NCBI RefSeq assembly: GCF_016433145.1
Contig: NC_058133.1
Location: 252,432,693-252,496,692, forward strand
Length of the DNA stretch: 64,000 bases
Direction of reading: 5' to 3'
DNA from: Gracilinanus agilis
Taxonomy: Eukaryota
Shown here: piece after piece, positions 26,214 to 64,000 of the stretch
Layout: every line of letters starts with the position of its first letter
Position numbering within the stretch: position 1 is the stretch's first letter
Position numbers and translations under genes: made by a program
Notes under the pieces: generated by a model
Told to the model about the DNA's origin: nothing
What the model saw: only the letters and a program-made list of their open reading frames with translations
The model's database searches: none

Positions 26214-26237
26214 AAGAATATCAATTTGGTAGCATTT

Positions 26238-26495
26238 GAGGCAGCTAGGTGGCGCAGTGGATACAGTGGCACCAGCCCTGAAGTCAGGAAAATGAATCTT
26301 CCTGAGTTCAAATCTAGCACCAGACTTGTACTAACTATAGGTGTGACTTTGGGCAACTTGATTAGCCCTGTTTACCTCAGTTTCCTCATCTGTAAAATGA
26401 GCTGGAAAATGGCAAACTACTCCAAGATCTTTGCCAAGAAAACCCCAAATGGGTCACAAAGTGTGAAACTACTGAAAAATGATTGAATATCAGCA
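26238..26495 (+). mobile_element. MAR1-like SINE (CORE plus RTE/BovB-type tail)
   Basis: cctcagtttcctcatctgtaaaatgagctgg..aaatggcaaactactcc...tttgccaagaaaaccccaaatgggtcac. Confidence 0.8.
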
Positions 26496-26499
26496 AGCA

Positions 26500-27060
26500 G
26501 TTTATTTTAAGGAAATCTCTCCTCTCTAATCCATCTTTTACACAGCAGTTAAGTTGCTATTCCTAAAGCACAAATCTGACTGTGCCATTCCCTTGTTCAA
26601 AAAATTCCAGTGGCTTCCTCTTGTTTGTAGAGTCAACTATAAGCTCCTTTGTTTGACTTTTTTTTTAAATTTTTTTTTTTTAAACCCTTACCTTACAATA
26701 CTGTGTATTAGCTCCAAGGCAGAAGAGTGGTAAGGGCTAGGCAATGGGGGTCAAGTGACTTGCCCAGGGTCACACAGCTGGGAAGTGTCTGAGGCTAGAT
26801 TTGAACCCAGGACCTCTTATCTCTAGGCCTGGCTCTCAATTCACTGAGCTACCCAGCTGCCTCCTGTTTGACTTTTTAAGTCCTTCACAATCTGGATCCA
26901 GCCTACCTTTCCATGCTTATTGACTATTACTCCTCTTCATATATTCTACCTTCTAGGCAAACTGACCTGCCTGTTCTTCCTACTACATACACCCCTTCTA
27001 TGCCTGGAATGTATTCCCTCTTTACCTTTTGCCTTTGAGAATTCTAGCTTCCTTCAAAAC
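26500..27060 (+). mobile_element. L2 fragment interrupted by a SINE
   Basis: ttcctaaagcacaaatctgac...ccagtggcttcc...tccttcacaatctgg..ccagcctacc...tgcctggaatg. Split by the SINE at 26663-26864. Confidence 0.6.
26663..26864 (-). mobile_element. SINE1_Mdo-like SINE with 13-bp TSD
   Basis: TSD TGTTTGACTTTTT at 26650-26662 and 26865-26877; full head-to-tail element. Confidence 0.88.
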
Positions 27061-27969
27061 TTACCTCACAGACCACCTAAAATAGCCTTTCCTGGTCCTC
27101 TACCCTACCCCAAATCCCCTTACTGAGCACCACTGGGAAATTACTTGGTCTATCACCTGATTGAGATGCCCAGCACCCTACTTGCCCTAAACTAGTCAGG
27201 TCCTCAGAGCTCCTAAATACAGGACCAAGGGGTTGGAAAATACCTTTCTCTAACACTGTTGGTGCCAAGTTTCATTCTGTTGTTTTCTCATCATGCTTGT
27301 GAGGTAGTTTTGAGAGAAGGGCATTCAATAAGGTGGTACAGTAAGAGCAGTTGGCAGAAAGCACTCTCTCCCCTCAGTCTGTGACAAACATTTACTGGTG
27401 GGAAACAACAGGGGAGTTTAGCACATGTAGTAAAAGGATGGGACTATGTTGGTGAACCTATGACACACAGGCTGAAGGGGGCTCTCCCTCTCCACCAAGA
27501 TTGAGGACATTTCTAATGTCACCAGCTTCTCTGCCCAGCAGCCCAATGGAAGCACTTCCTCCCTCTCCTGTCTGGGGTAAGGGTGAGGAGCTCAATGCAA
27601 CTTGAGGGTTGCAGTTTGGGCACTCAGTTTCTAAAAGGTTCACCATCACTGGAGTAGGGCAACAGCTCTTGGGTGCTAGAAGTCTTTTTCTTCTTAGCAA
27701 AGTGAATCTGTGTCCAGTCTCTCCTTGACTTGGATGATGACAGGGAGATGGGAAAGGCAAAACCCTCTTGATTTTCCCTATTTTTCAAGTCAAAAAAAGT
27801 GGAAGGGAAGACTTAGGCCAAAGCCAGATCAGAAACCTTTTATAAACCCTGCCCCTCCCCAAGAAGTTTCTTCTAGGTGGTATAGCTAGAAATAACACAA
27901 TCAAATTTCCTGACTCTAGTTCTCAATGCAATTGGTAATTTGAAGATCATCACCAGACTGCCAGAACAC

Positions 27970-28319
27970 TTTTTTTGTTTTAAATCCTTACCTTCCATCT
28001 TGGGATTAAGTCACTTGCCCAGGATCACACAGTGAAGTGTTGAGAGGTTAGATTTGAACCCAGAACTTCCTGTCTTCAGGTTTGGATCTATCCACTAAAC
28101 CAGTGATGGGCAAAGTACAGCCTGCAGACCAGATGTGGCCCCCTGAAATGTTCTATTGGGCTGTGACATTATTCCTAATCTGACAAATACAATGAGTAGA
28201 ATACAATACAATGAAACTTTGAGTTGCCTTAGAAACAGGCTGACAGATGAGCATTTCCTTTCCTTTGGCCCCTCTTTAAAAAATTTGCCCATCACTGCAC
28301 TAAACCACCCAACTGCCCC
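27970..28319 (-). mobile_element. SINE1-like SINE split by a hAT MITE
   Basis: SINE body at 27970-28100 and its head (caccc aactgcccc) at 28306-28319 lie on either side of the MITE. Confidence 0.8.
28101..28297. mobile_element. Intact non-autonomous hAT DNA transposon (MITE, 197 bp)
   Basis: Perfect 14-bp TIRs CAGTGATGGGCAAA (28101-28114) and TTTGCCCATCACTG (28284-28297). Perfect 8-bp TSD CACTAAAC at 28093-28100 and 28298-28305. Confidence 0.95.
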
Positions 28320-28847
28320 TGTCTGAATACTTCTTGGGCAAGGACACTTCAGTTCCAGGTACTTTTTTAATAATTCAGCCTAAAACCTTTGATTGATTGA
28401 AACTTATTCTCTCATTAAGGCATCAGGGCATACCTTATTATGGAGTAAGGTGACTTGATAGAGTAAATTCATTAATCTGAAACATATGTATTTTGTATTT
28501 TTAATGTTTTTCTTTTGAACATGGTATTTTCTCCAAACAGAATATAAACTTGAGAACTAGAAGATAGTTTCATTCTTTTGTCTTGGTATCATCAGCAGTG
28601 CATGGCATAAAAATAGGCTAGATATTTTAAAAATGCTTGTGGGATGAATACCAAATGAACAAATTATGCATAATTCCTCTTTTGTAATATGTTTCAGTGT
28701 ATTCAGTGAGCCCACTAAGCACCTTTTCTGACCTTTAAGTGATTTTCAACTTTATTTCGGTAGAGAATTTGAATTTTTGTATTCCATAACTGGAGGTCAT
28801 ACATTACATCGTTTGAAGAATATATTGGCATTAAAAAGATGGGCTTT

Positions 28848-29046
28848 GGGGGCAGCCAGGTGACTCAGGGGATTGACTGTCAGACCTGGAGACAGGAGGT
28901 CCTGTGGCCTCAGACCACCTTTTAGCTGTATGACCCTGGGCAAGTCATTTAACTCCAATTTCCTAGTCCTTACTGCTCTTCTGCCTTATAACCAGTATTT
29001 AGTATTGATTCTAAGTTGGAAAGTAAGGGTTTTAAAAAAAAAAAAA
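28848..29046 (+). mobile_element. SINE1_Mdo-like SINE
   Basis: ggggcagccaggtgactcag...gaccctgggcaagtca...gtattgattctaag..gtaagggtttt plus an A-tail. Confidence 0.8.
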
Positions 29047-29244
29047 AGATAAATCTTTGAATTTCAGGGAACCTACCTGTGACTTAGTCCACTATCCTCT
29101 TCCATCCATTCTTGATGGAAGTCTATGATAGGTAGAAGTAGATATCTACATAAGTATATATCCTCATGGACAAGTCCTACCAGTATTACTGAATACATGC
29201 TACACATATAAAAATGTACATACCTTAGTGTATGCCTAGGAAAC

Positions 29245-29885
29245 AATCAACCAGCAAGCATTTATTAAATACCAATAACCTGCCTTCAAAGCAGGAAGAC
29301 CTGGGTTTAAGTCTTGTCTCTTAAACTAACTCGGTGACCCTGGGCAAGTACTTCTCAGTGCCCTGGGCCAGAGGTATCAAACTTGGGGTTTGCCAGCCAC
29401 TTTTTAGCCCTGAAACCTGAAGGACTGGGCCCAAACCAGATTAAAATGTAATTGGAAGGGACAGCTAGTATCACAGTGACTGAAGTTGGAATCACCCAGG
29501 TTCAAATGTGGCTTCAGATACTTCCTAGCTCTGTGACCCTGAGCAAATTACTTACTTAATCCAAATTGCCTAGCTTTTACCACTCTTCTAACTTGGAATT
29601 GATATTAAGGCAGAATTTTTTATATTGGGAAATATTTTTCAAAATAAATAAAAATACAACAGAACATAAATTACATTACTCTAAGTCAGTGTGCAACCAG
29701 CAAGGATCCTTTTGTATGATTTCTATTTTGAGTATGCTCAAGCAGACTCCATGTTATAAAGAAGGCACCAGCCTTTACTGGTAAAAGAAATCTCTTCACC
29801 CTGGAGCTCTCTATGAACAAAACCATTAGTCCAGGCCCTATCCTTAACATATGCCAGGCTCTGAGCTAGATGCTATAAATAGATA
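29245..29885. mobile_element. Nested repeat cluster: L2 > WALLSI4-like SINE > hAT-like MITE > SINE1
   Basis: Each layer resumes after the inner insertion (see findings). Boundaries approximate and family names recalled from memory. Confidence 0.5.
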
Positions 29886-30199
29886 AATAAGTTTATTTAA
29901 ATTATTAAAATAAATTTAGCTAACTAGTTAAATGACTGTGATAAAAAGAATTAAATAATCCCTCCTCACAAGGAACATACCTTTTAAAGGAGAAAAGTAC
30001 CTAGAGCATATAAGACATCAGCTGGAAAGGGTCTTGGAGAATATCTAGTCTGATCCCATTCTGTCCTTCTACCTTTTGCCCTCTATCTTATTAAAAAAAA
30101 AAGACCCATAACAAATATAGAATACATAATTCTTTGCTGAGAGCAGACTAATTCTAGAATCTCAGTCTTTTAGAGATATGTTAGAGACCTCTAGGTAAA

Positions 30200-30378
30200 A
30201 AGAACACTAGGCTTGAAATTGGGAGGACCCGAGTCGAAATCAAAACAGACACTTCCTAGCTGTGTGACCCTGGGCAAATCACTTAACCTCAATTGCCTAA
30301 TCTTTACCACTTCTGCCTTGGAACCAATACACAGTATTGATTCTATGATGGAAGGTAAGGGCTTAAAAAAAAAAAAAG
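30200..30378 (+). mobile_element. SINE1_Mdo-like SINE (5'-degraded)
   Basis: cagacacttcctagctgtgtgaccctgggcaaatcacttaacc...ttctgccttggaaccaatacacagtattgattct..ggaaggtaaggg plus an A-tail. Confidence 0.8.
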
Positions 30379-30554
30379 TTAATCAACTCCCATCTGTACA
30401 ACATACCCAACAAATGGTCAACCCGTATTTGGTTGATGAACTCTAATGATTGGTAGCTCTAATTGATAAGAAGGTTTTTTCCTTTTTAAATAAACTGGAG
30501 AAACCCATTTTCCATAATTGTAGCTTATCTCTATATTAATCTTCTCTCAGCCTC

Positions 30555-30740
30555 TTTTTTGTTTTTTTTTAAACCTTTACCTACCATCTCAGTTCCAAGG
30601 CAGAAGAATGGTAAGGGCTAGGCAATTGGGGTTAAGTGATTCCCCCTGGGTTGCATAGCCTAGAAGTGTCTAAAGTCAGATTTGAACCCAGGACCTCCTA
30701 TCTCCAGCCTGGTTATCTATTGAACTACCTAGCCACCCTT
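30555..30740 (-). mobile_element. SINE1_Mdo-like SINE
   Basis: T-tail, ccaaggcagaagaatggtaagggctaggcaattggggttaagtga...gatttgaacccaggacctcc. Confidence 0.8.
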
Positions 30741-32127
30741 CTCTAGGTTTAACATGGAAGTTACTAGCTATTTTAATAGGCTACAAAACAGTAAAATAAA
30801 AACAAATATTTAAACTATATCAGTTATCAAAAAGTTCACATTCATATTCATTTTTAAGGATCTCTACAGCTGTTTCTCAAATTTAGGAATATAGTCTCAA
30901 CTTCCAACTCTCTGGATCCCAATTAGGAAGAAAAGAAACCAATGTTTATTAAGTCCCTACTATATGCTGGGCCACTGGCACTAAGCACTTTATAAATGGT
31001 ATTTCATTTGCTTCTCACAGGAACCCTAGAGGAAAGAGTCATCCTCATTTTATAAATGAGAAAACAGGCAGAGGGGTTCAGTGATTTGCCTAGGGTTATA
31101 TAGCTAGTAAGTAAATGTCTGAGGTTAGGTTTGAACTAGGGCCTCACAGACTCCAAAGCCAGCACCACTGCACCACTTAGTGGCTAATTAAAATATTGTA
31201 AAGAATTCTTGTGTTTGTCAAATAAGGGTTAAATTTAGTTCTCTCAAGAAATATGTCTTTTTATGTCTTTTCTTCAACCATCACAGTTAACAGCTTCTTC
31301 AGAGAAACAGTTAAACTCTCAATCTCCTAAGACAAACCTCATTCAACTGTCACTCCCAAGATTCCATCACCTTTTAATCCAGTAACAGTATTGTAATTTC
31401 CATTGAAGGAGTTATTGAAGCTGGTGTCACATTTACATTTAGTCAAAAAATGCCTCTGTTTCTCACTCTCTGTATTTCTGTGTCTTCCTTTCTTTTCTTT
31501 CCCTACTTCCCCTTCACTCATTGCTCCCATAGAGTAGGAAATAGAGCAGTGGACTTGGAGTCCAAAAGACTTAGAATTGAATCCCACCTCAGACTGTTGC
31601 CAGCTTTTTTCTAGCACCTTGTGCAAGTCACTTAACTTCCATGATCTTTAAAATCAGAGGGTTCCAGCTCTAGATCTATGATCCTATTAAACCTCTGGAT
31701 ACAAGCAGAATTAAAATAAATTCCTTCTCTACACGATAAACCTTCAATTACTTAAAGACAAATTTTCCCCTAAATCTTTTTTTTTTTCAACCAGTTTCCT
31801 ATGTAAGACTCCCTTTCATTCCCCAAGTACTCTAGTATCTGTACCAAATTCACTATGCTTTGAAGAGTAAAGAGTGAGGAGCTAAATCAAGGTTACAAGA
31901 TCAATCATTTGAGCTATCCACTTGATTTTCCCTTTTTAAAGTATTTCCTGAACCTAACAAGGAAACATCTCCATAGAATCAAAAAAGCAAAGCCAACTGA
32001 CATCTTGGTCCAAAAGAACAGATCTGAATTCAGTAGCAGGAATTCTTGGCCTGAGGGTCTCTGAATTTGCCTGTGTATGTGTAAATGTGTGTGTGTATAC
32101 TCACATATGAATATATAGATAAGCAAA

Positions 32128-32251
32128 ATATAATTGACTTCCTTTGTAATCCTATGTGCTTTATGTATTTAAAAACATTATTCTAAGAAGAGTTTCAGTA
32201 GACTGCCAGCAGGGTCGATGACACATGCAAAAAAAAAGGTTAAAAATTCCC
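32128..32251 (-). mobile_element. Charlie4-like hAT fragment (third copy)
   Basis: Reverse complement of the 5390-5600 family: cctttgtaatcctatgtg...taaaaacattattctaagaag...agactgcca...gacaca...aggttaaaaattccc. Confidence 0.6.
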
Positions 32252-32782
32252 AAATTAAAGGTTAGATATAGGGAAGGAGAGGATTCTCCCATCCTTCAAT
32301 TCTGTTTCTCTCCCCCACCCTTCTTTCTCTCCCTCCCTTTCTTCCTTCTCAGTCCCTTCGCTTTCTCTCAATCGCCCTTTGGCACAAGAGTCTTCAGGAT
32401 TCTCTGAGCCTATGTTAGTTAGCACTACACTGGTTCGTAAGAGTCCTGATTCAGCCCAATTTAAATCAGTAAGAGTCTTCCAAGAGACCTAGATTAAGAC
32501 AAAGACTATACTTGCCACTCGTTCCCCGGGGCCCTGATCTCAGGATGGAAGGGTTTTCCTATCTTCCCCCTCTCCCTTTTTTATAGCTGTCCCCGAATCG
32601 ACCCTCCCATCCCCTCCCCCTCCCAGACAGAAATTCCTGGCACACTTGGCCCTTTAAGACGGAGGCGCCGGCCTGGGTTATTGTCTGAGCTCCCCACCAA
32701 TAGGAAGCGTGAGTGGGGGTGGGGGATCCGGTATTCTGATTGGCCGGTCTTTAAGCACCCTCTCCCCACCTCCTGGGTCCCT

Positions 32783-32810
32783 GGAGCTGTCCGGCTACCT
32801 CGGTGCTGAT
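32783..32810 (-). promoter_or_regulatory. Non-canonical RE1/NRSE (REST) site, half-sites separated by 9 bp
   Basis: The minus strand reads ATCAGCACC-gaggtagcc-GGACAGCTCC, so both RE1 half-sites are intact and in canonical order. Confidence 0.65.
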
Positions 32811-32881
32811 CCCGCCGCTGCCGCCTGGGTCCACGGCCTGGAACCACTGCGGGAACTGGAGCCAGAGTGGAAGCAGCCACC

Positions 32882-41916
<9,035 letters not shown>

Positions 41917-42161
41917 AATGCTGGGCCCAGAGTGAGGAGGGGAAATGTGGGGGTCTGAGGAGAAACAATCCCAGCCTGCTTTTCCCAACTCTCCTTACCC
42001 CTCCCCTGATGCTGCCAGGAGAATTCACCCCACCCCTCACACTCTCTTTTTCTCTCTTTCTCACAAATGCACCTACCCTCACACTCCTACCCCCCTATAC
42101 ACAGAGAATCCCCAATAGACTCATCCTATTGTTTCTGTTGTGATGTTTTGGTTTGGCAAAT

Positions 42162-42167
42162 AATAAA
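42162..42167 (+). terminator. ACTL6B: ACTL6B polyadenylation signal AATAAA
   Basis: AATAAA about 245 nt after the stop codon, with a U-rich upstream element. A second AATAAA lies at 42184-42189. Confidence 0.8.
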
Positions 42168-42439
42168 AATGTTTTTAAAAAAAAATAAAAGAAAAATAAT
42201 CTAGCCCCAGAGTAGGGGACTCCTGGGAAATGAAAGGGAGGGGAAGGAGGGGGAGCCAGAGAGTGGAATAGCTGGGGATGATAGGACTGGAGGGATTGGG
42301 ATGGGAAGATGCAGGGTCCCAGGAGTCCTTCTACCTCTAGCTGCATCAGATCTCACACAGGAGCCAATGGATTTCATGGAGGCAGCCAGCAAGAAGAAGG
42401 GCTTAAAAAAACAAAACTTCTCCATGATAAGTTCCTGCC

Positions 42440-42640
42440 TTATTGAACCCTTCATGATCCCATTTGGGGTTTTCTTGGCAAAAATATTGAATTAGTTTGC
42501 CATTTCCTACTCCATCTTATTTTTACAGATGAGGAAACTGAGGCAAACAAGGTTAAGTAACTTGCCCACGGTCATACAGCTAGTGTCTGAGATTATATTT
42601 GAACTCATCTTCCTGACCCCAGGTTCAGCACTCTATCCAC
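42440..42640 (-). mobile_element. MAR1-like SINE
   Basis: catgatcccatttggggttttcttggcaaa...tttgccatttcct...ttttacagatgaggaaactgaggcaaacaaggttaagt. Confidence 0.85.
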
Positions 42641-43312
42641 TTAGTTATTATTCTTTAATAATCTTATTGTCTTTGCCTTAACCTCCTTATGCCAACATAG
42701 ATGAGCAACTTGTTCTGAAAGTTGCATGGGACCCAAAAAAGTTAAATGATTTTACAAGGTCACCTAGCCAGTATATACCAGTTTTTTCTTTTTCTTTTTC
42801 TTTTTGAGGGTAGGGGAATTGTGGTTAAAGAGGAGCCAATGGCTTCCTTTAAAAGAGATAGAACTTGGATGTTTGGGCTCAGGCTTGTGGTAGGGAATAG
42901 ACCAGCTAATGGAAATGGGAGATGGATGGAGGGACATGATCCTAAAGATGGGAGAAAGAAGAGACAGGAGGTCTCAGACAAAACAAGTGACAAACAAGAA
43001 ACAAGAAGAAATCTGAGCCCCTGGACAGACCTGGATGGCAGCAGAAACATTAATAGCTCTGGTCTAGCCAGACAGTACCACTGAGGTGAGTGAATGAGTT
43101 AAGCAAGTTTCCATTTCTACTTTTGAAAGAGGTGGAGGTGGGGAGAATACTTTCCAGGGGTCCATCCTGAAAGGAGGAAAAATGGGTTAGATCAGAGGAA
43201 CATTCTCCCCAAAGAGTCCACCCTTATGTCCCTGTCTCAGGATTTGGATGTCAGAGCACGCTCTTCCATTTGTCTACCATCTTTCAGTGTGACATGAAAG
43301 ACCAGACACTCA

Positions 43313-43344
43313 TAAGCCACATTGCCTGTAAGCCACATTGCCTG
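43313..43344. repeat. Perfect 16-bp tandem duplication (TAAGCCACATTGCCTG)2
   Basis: Read directly from the sequence. Confidence 0.95.
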
Positions 43345-43757
43345 GCATGAGAGAGACCCTCAGTCACTAAGCAAACAGCTCCTCTGGGGGAGAGAGAACT
43401 GGGGCAGGGATGTAGGACAGGTTAATGTATAATAGGATATGGAGTCTCATCCAGGAGAGCCTGGAAGCCAGAGTTCAGACTTGGGTAGGTGTGGGGGAGC
43501 CTTCTATATGGGCCCCAGGGCATATCTCTCTTGGATTCCAAAAAGGGCATCAGGAACTTTGGGAAAGGGGCAAGTGGGAGAATGAGAGCCTTGAGGGTGC
43601 CAGGGGTACAAGGAAGGGTGTTGGACTTAACTGACTGGATGGGAGGAAGAAGGCCAATGGGGCAGTGGAATAAGGGACACTCTCCTTTCTAAATTTGTCT
43701 CCTCCCAAATCCCTCACCCCACCTACACCTTCAACCATGATCCCAGCAGGGTTCCAG

Positions 43758-43770
43758 AGGCCAAAGTCTG
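43758..43770 (+). promoter_or_regulatory. HNF4-like DR1 motif in the TFR2 proximal promoter
   Basis: AGGCCAAAGTCTG about 300 bp upstream of the TFR2 ATG. Motif match only. Confidence 0.35.
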
Positions 43771-44060
43771 TTCAATCCCAGAAAATTGATTTTACTGCAG
43801 AGAAGGGGTGGAGTGGGGGTGGGAGGAGAGAGGGGTGGAGTCCCCTGATATTTATGACATTTCATCCCTTCCCCAAACTTTGGTTTCCCAGGGACCCAAA
43901 GGAGAGGTGGGTGCTAAAGAGATTAGATATTGTGAAAGCAACCAGAAAGCTAGGGTGGAGGCCCAACAAATTGCTTTCTTGTAGAGAGGACCTAGCTACC
44001 TTAGTTAAGGGAACCTGCGGGCCTGTCCTTGGGGCACAACACTGAGGAGTCATCAGACAA

Positions 44061-62839
<18,779 letters not shown>

Positions 62840-63404
62840 GTGAGTCAGACTCACATGTCAGCCTTGTCTTGATAACCTTATAGTCAGTCACAGGGTCAAG
62901 GATTAAAGCAGTGAGCTTTGGGGAACTCCCAGACTTGATGGGAATTAAATTACTAAGGGAGAGAGAGTATAGAGGAAAAGGACCAGGGAGAGACACACCT
63001 GCACTTGGGCAGGATTGTAATTAAAGAAGAGGAGAACCAGGAATCAATAATTCTGAAGAAACCAATGTTATAGAATTCAAAGAGGATAAGGAATGGGAAA
63101 ACTGCCACTGGATTTAGCAGTCGAGGCCATTTATTACACCAGGAGGGGTTGATTTAGAAGACTGATGGGAACAGAAACCAGTTTGCAGAGTGAGCTATGA
63201 GTGGATAATGAGGAAAAAGAGACATCCCAGATACACTACTCATACTAGATGTTTCACTACAAGATGAATGAAATTGGGCTTGAAAGATTTAGTAAATATA
63301 GGAAAGGATTTATTGTGTTTCTAGGATAAAGGGAGATCTGAGCATACTTGTGGAGAGGGGAAGGAGCCAGTGAAGCAGGGAGGAATTGATGAAGCATAAA
63401 AGAG

Positions 63405-63612
63405 GGGTTACAGCTAGGTTGCTCAGTGGATTGAGAGCCAGGCCTAGAGATCCTGGGTTCTATATCCTGGTTCAACTCTGGCCTCAGACAGTTCTTAGCT
63501 GTGTGACTCTGAGCAAGTCACTTAACCCCCTTACTGAGCCCTTACTGCTCTTCTACCTTAGAACAATACACAATATTGATTCTAAGACTGAAGGTAAAGG
63601 TTTAAAAAAAAT
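63405..63612 (+). mobile_element. SINE1_Mdo-like SINE
   Basis: cagctaggttgctcagtggattgagagccaggcctagag...acaatattgattctaagactgaaggtaaaggttt plus an A-tail. Confidence 0.85.
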
Positions 63613-64000
63613 TTAATCTTTTCTCTATTTGATATCAACTATTTCTCACTAGAATGCTACCTATAGTGCCACTGACAATCTAGGCCCCAGATTACCTATC
63701 CAGGGGTTAAGGAGAGAGTTAGGAAAAGTGCTTAGGGATGAGGGAGAAAGATTTATGTGGTTGGGGAGAAAACTGAGGCAGTTGTTAAGGGACAGGGTTG
63801 CCATGGAAAGCTCAGATCATTTAAGGATATGAAGGGGAAAATTAGATGGAATTAAGAAGTATTAATGAGGAAAGTTGGGGAGAGGGTCAGGATATAGATA
63901 GGCCAAGTGAGGAGGTGAGAAGTATTTGACTATCTTGTGTCATTGGGCAATTGTTTAACCTCTTTGGCTTCCTCATCTGGGGAAAAAAAAAAAAAAAAAG

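Noticed and set aside
27300-27308. TGAGGTAGT, identical to the let-7 5' end
   Set aside because: Only 9 nt match; the rest does not resemble let-7 and I see no complementary hairpin arm.
62840-64000. Search for TFR2 terminal exon 18 and for an iron-responsive element
   Set aside because: No VEFYFLS-like coding sequence is present, only L2/SINE remnants, so the exon lies beyond the window. No IRE was noticed, consistent with TFR2 lacking IRE control.

Overview
This is eukaryotic (marsupial) genomic DNA, most likely the opossum Monodelphis domestica. The species call is inferred from SINE1_Mdo-like and MAR1-like SINEs and CpG depletion outside islands. The window holds four spliced protein-coding genes in the same order and orientation as human 7q22.1. 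GIGYF1 (+) has 24 coding exons and 1022 aa. GNB2 (-) has 9 coding exons and 340 aa. ACTL6B/BAF53B (+) has 14 exons and 426 aa. TFR2 (+) has 17 exons traced (711 codons); its last exon lies beyond the window. I traced every exon by hand, and the summed lengths keep an open frame. There are three CpG islands, one assembly gap (750-900), and many SINE, LINE (L1, L2, L3/CR1, RTE) and hAT-transposon remnants. I found no rRNA, tRNA, CRISPR or prokaryotic features, and no new gene system. The strongest leads are: (1) several possible control layers on neuronal ACTL6B, namely a non-canonical RE1/REST site with a 9-bp spacer, a minor-spliceosome (U12-type) intron with a degenerate donor, and a cryptic donor followed by a UG tract; (2) changed sorting motifs in the TFR2 tail, with YxxPhi lost and a DxxxLI dileucine present; (3) an intact hAT MITE with perfect TIRs and TSD nested inside a SINE; (4) two minimal uORFs in the GIGYF1 leader. 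Comparisons with human genes and repeat family names are recalled from memory, not from database searches.
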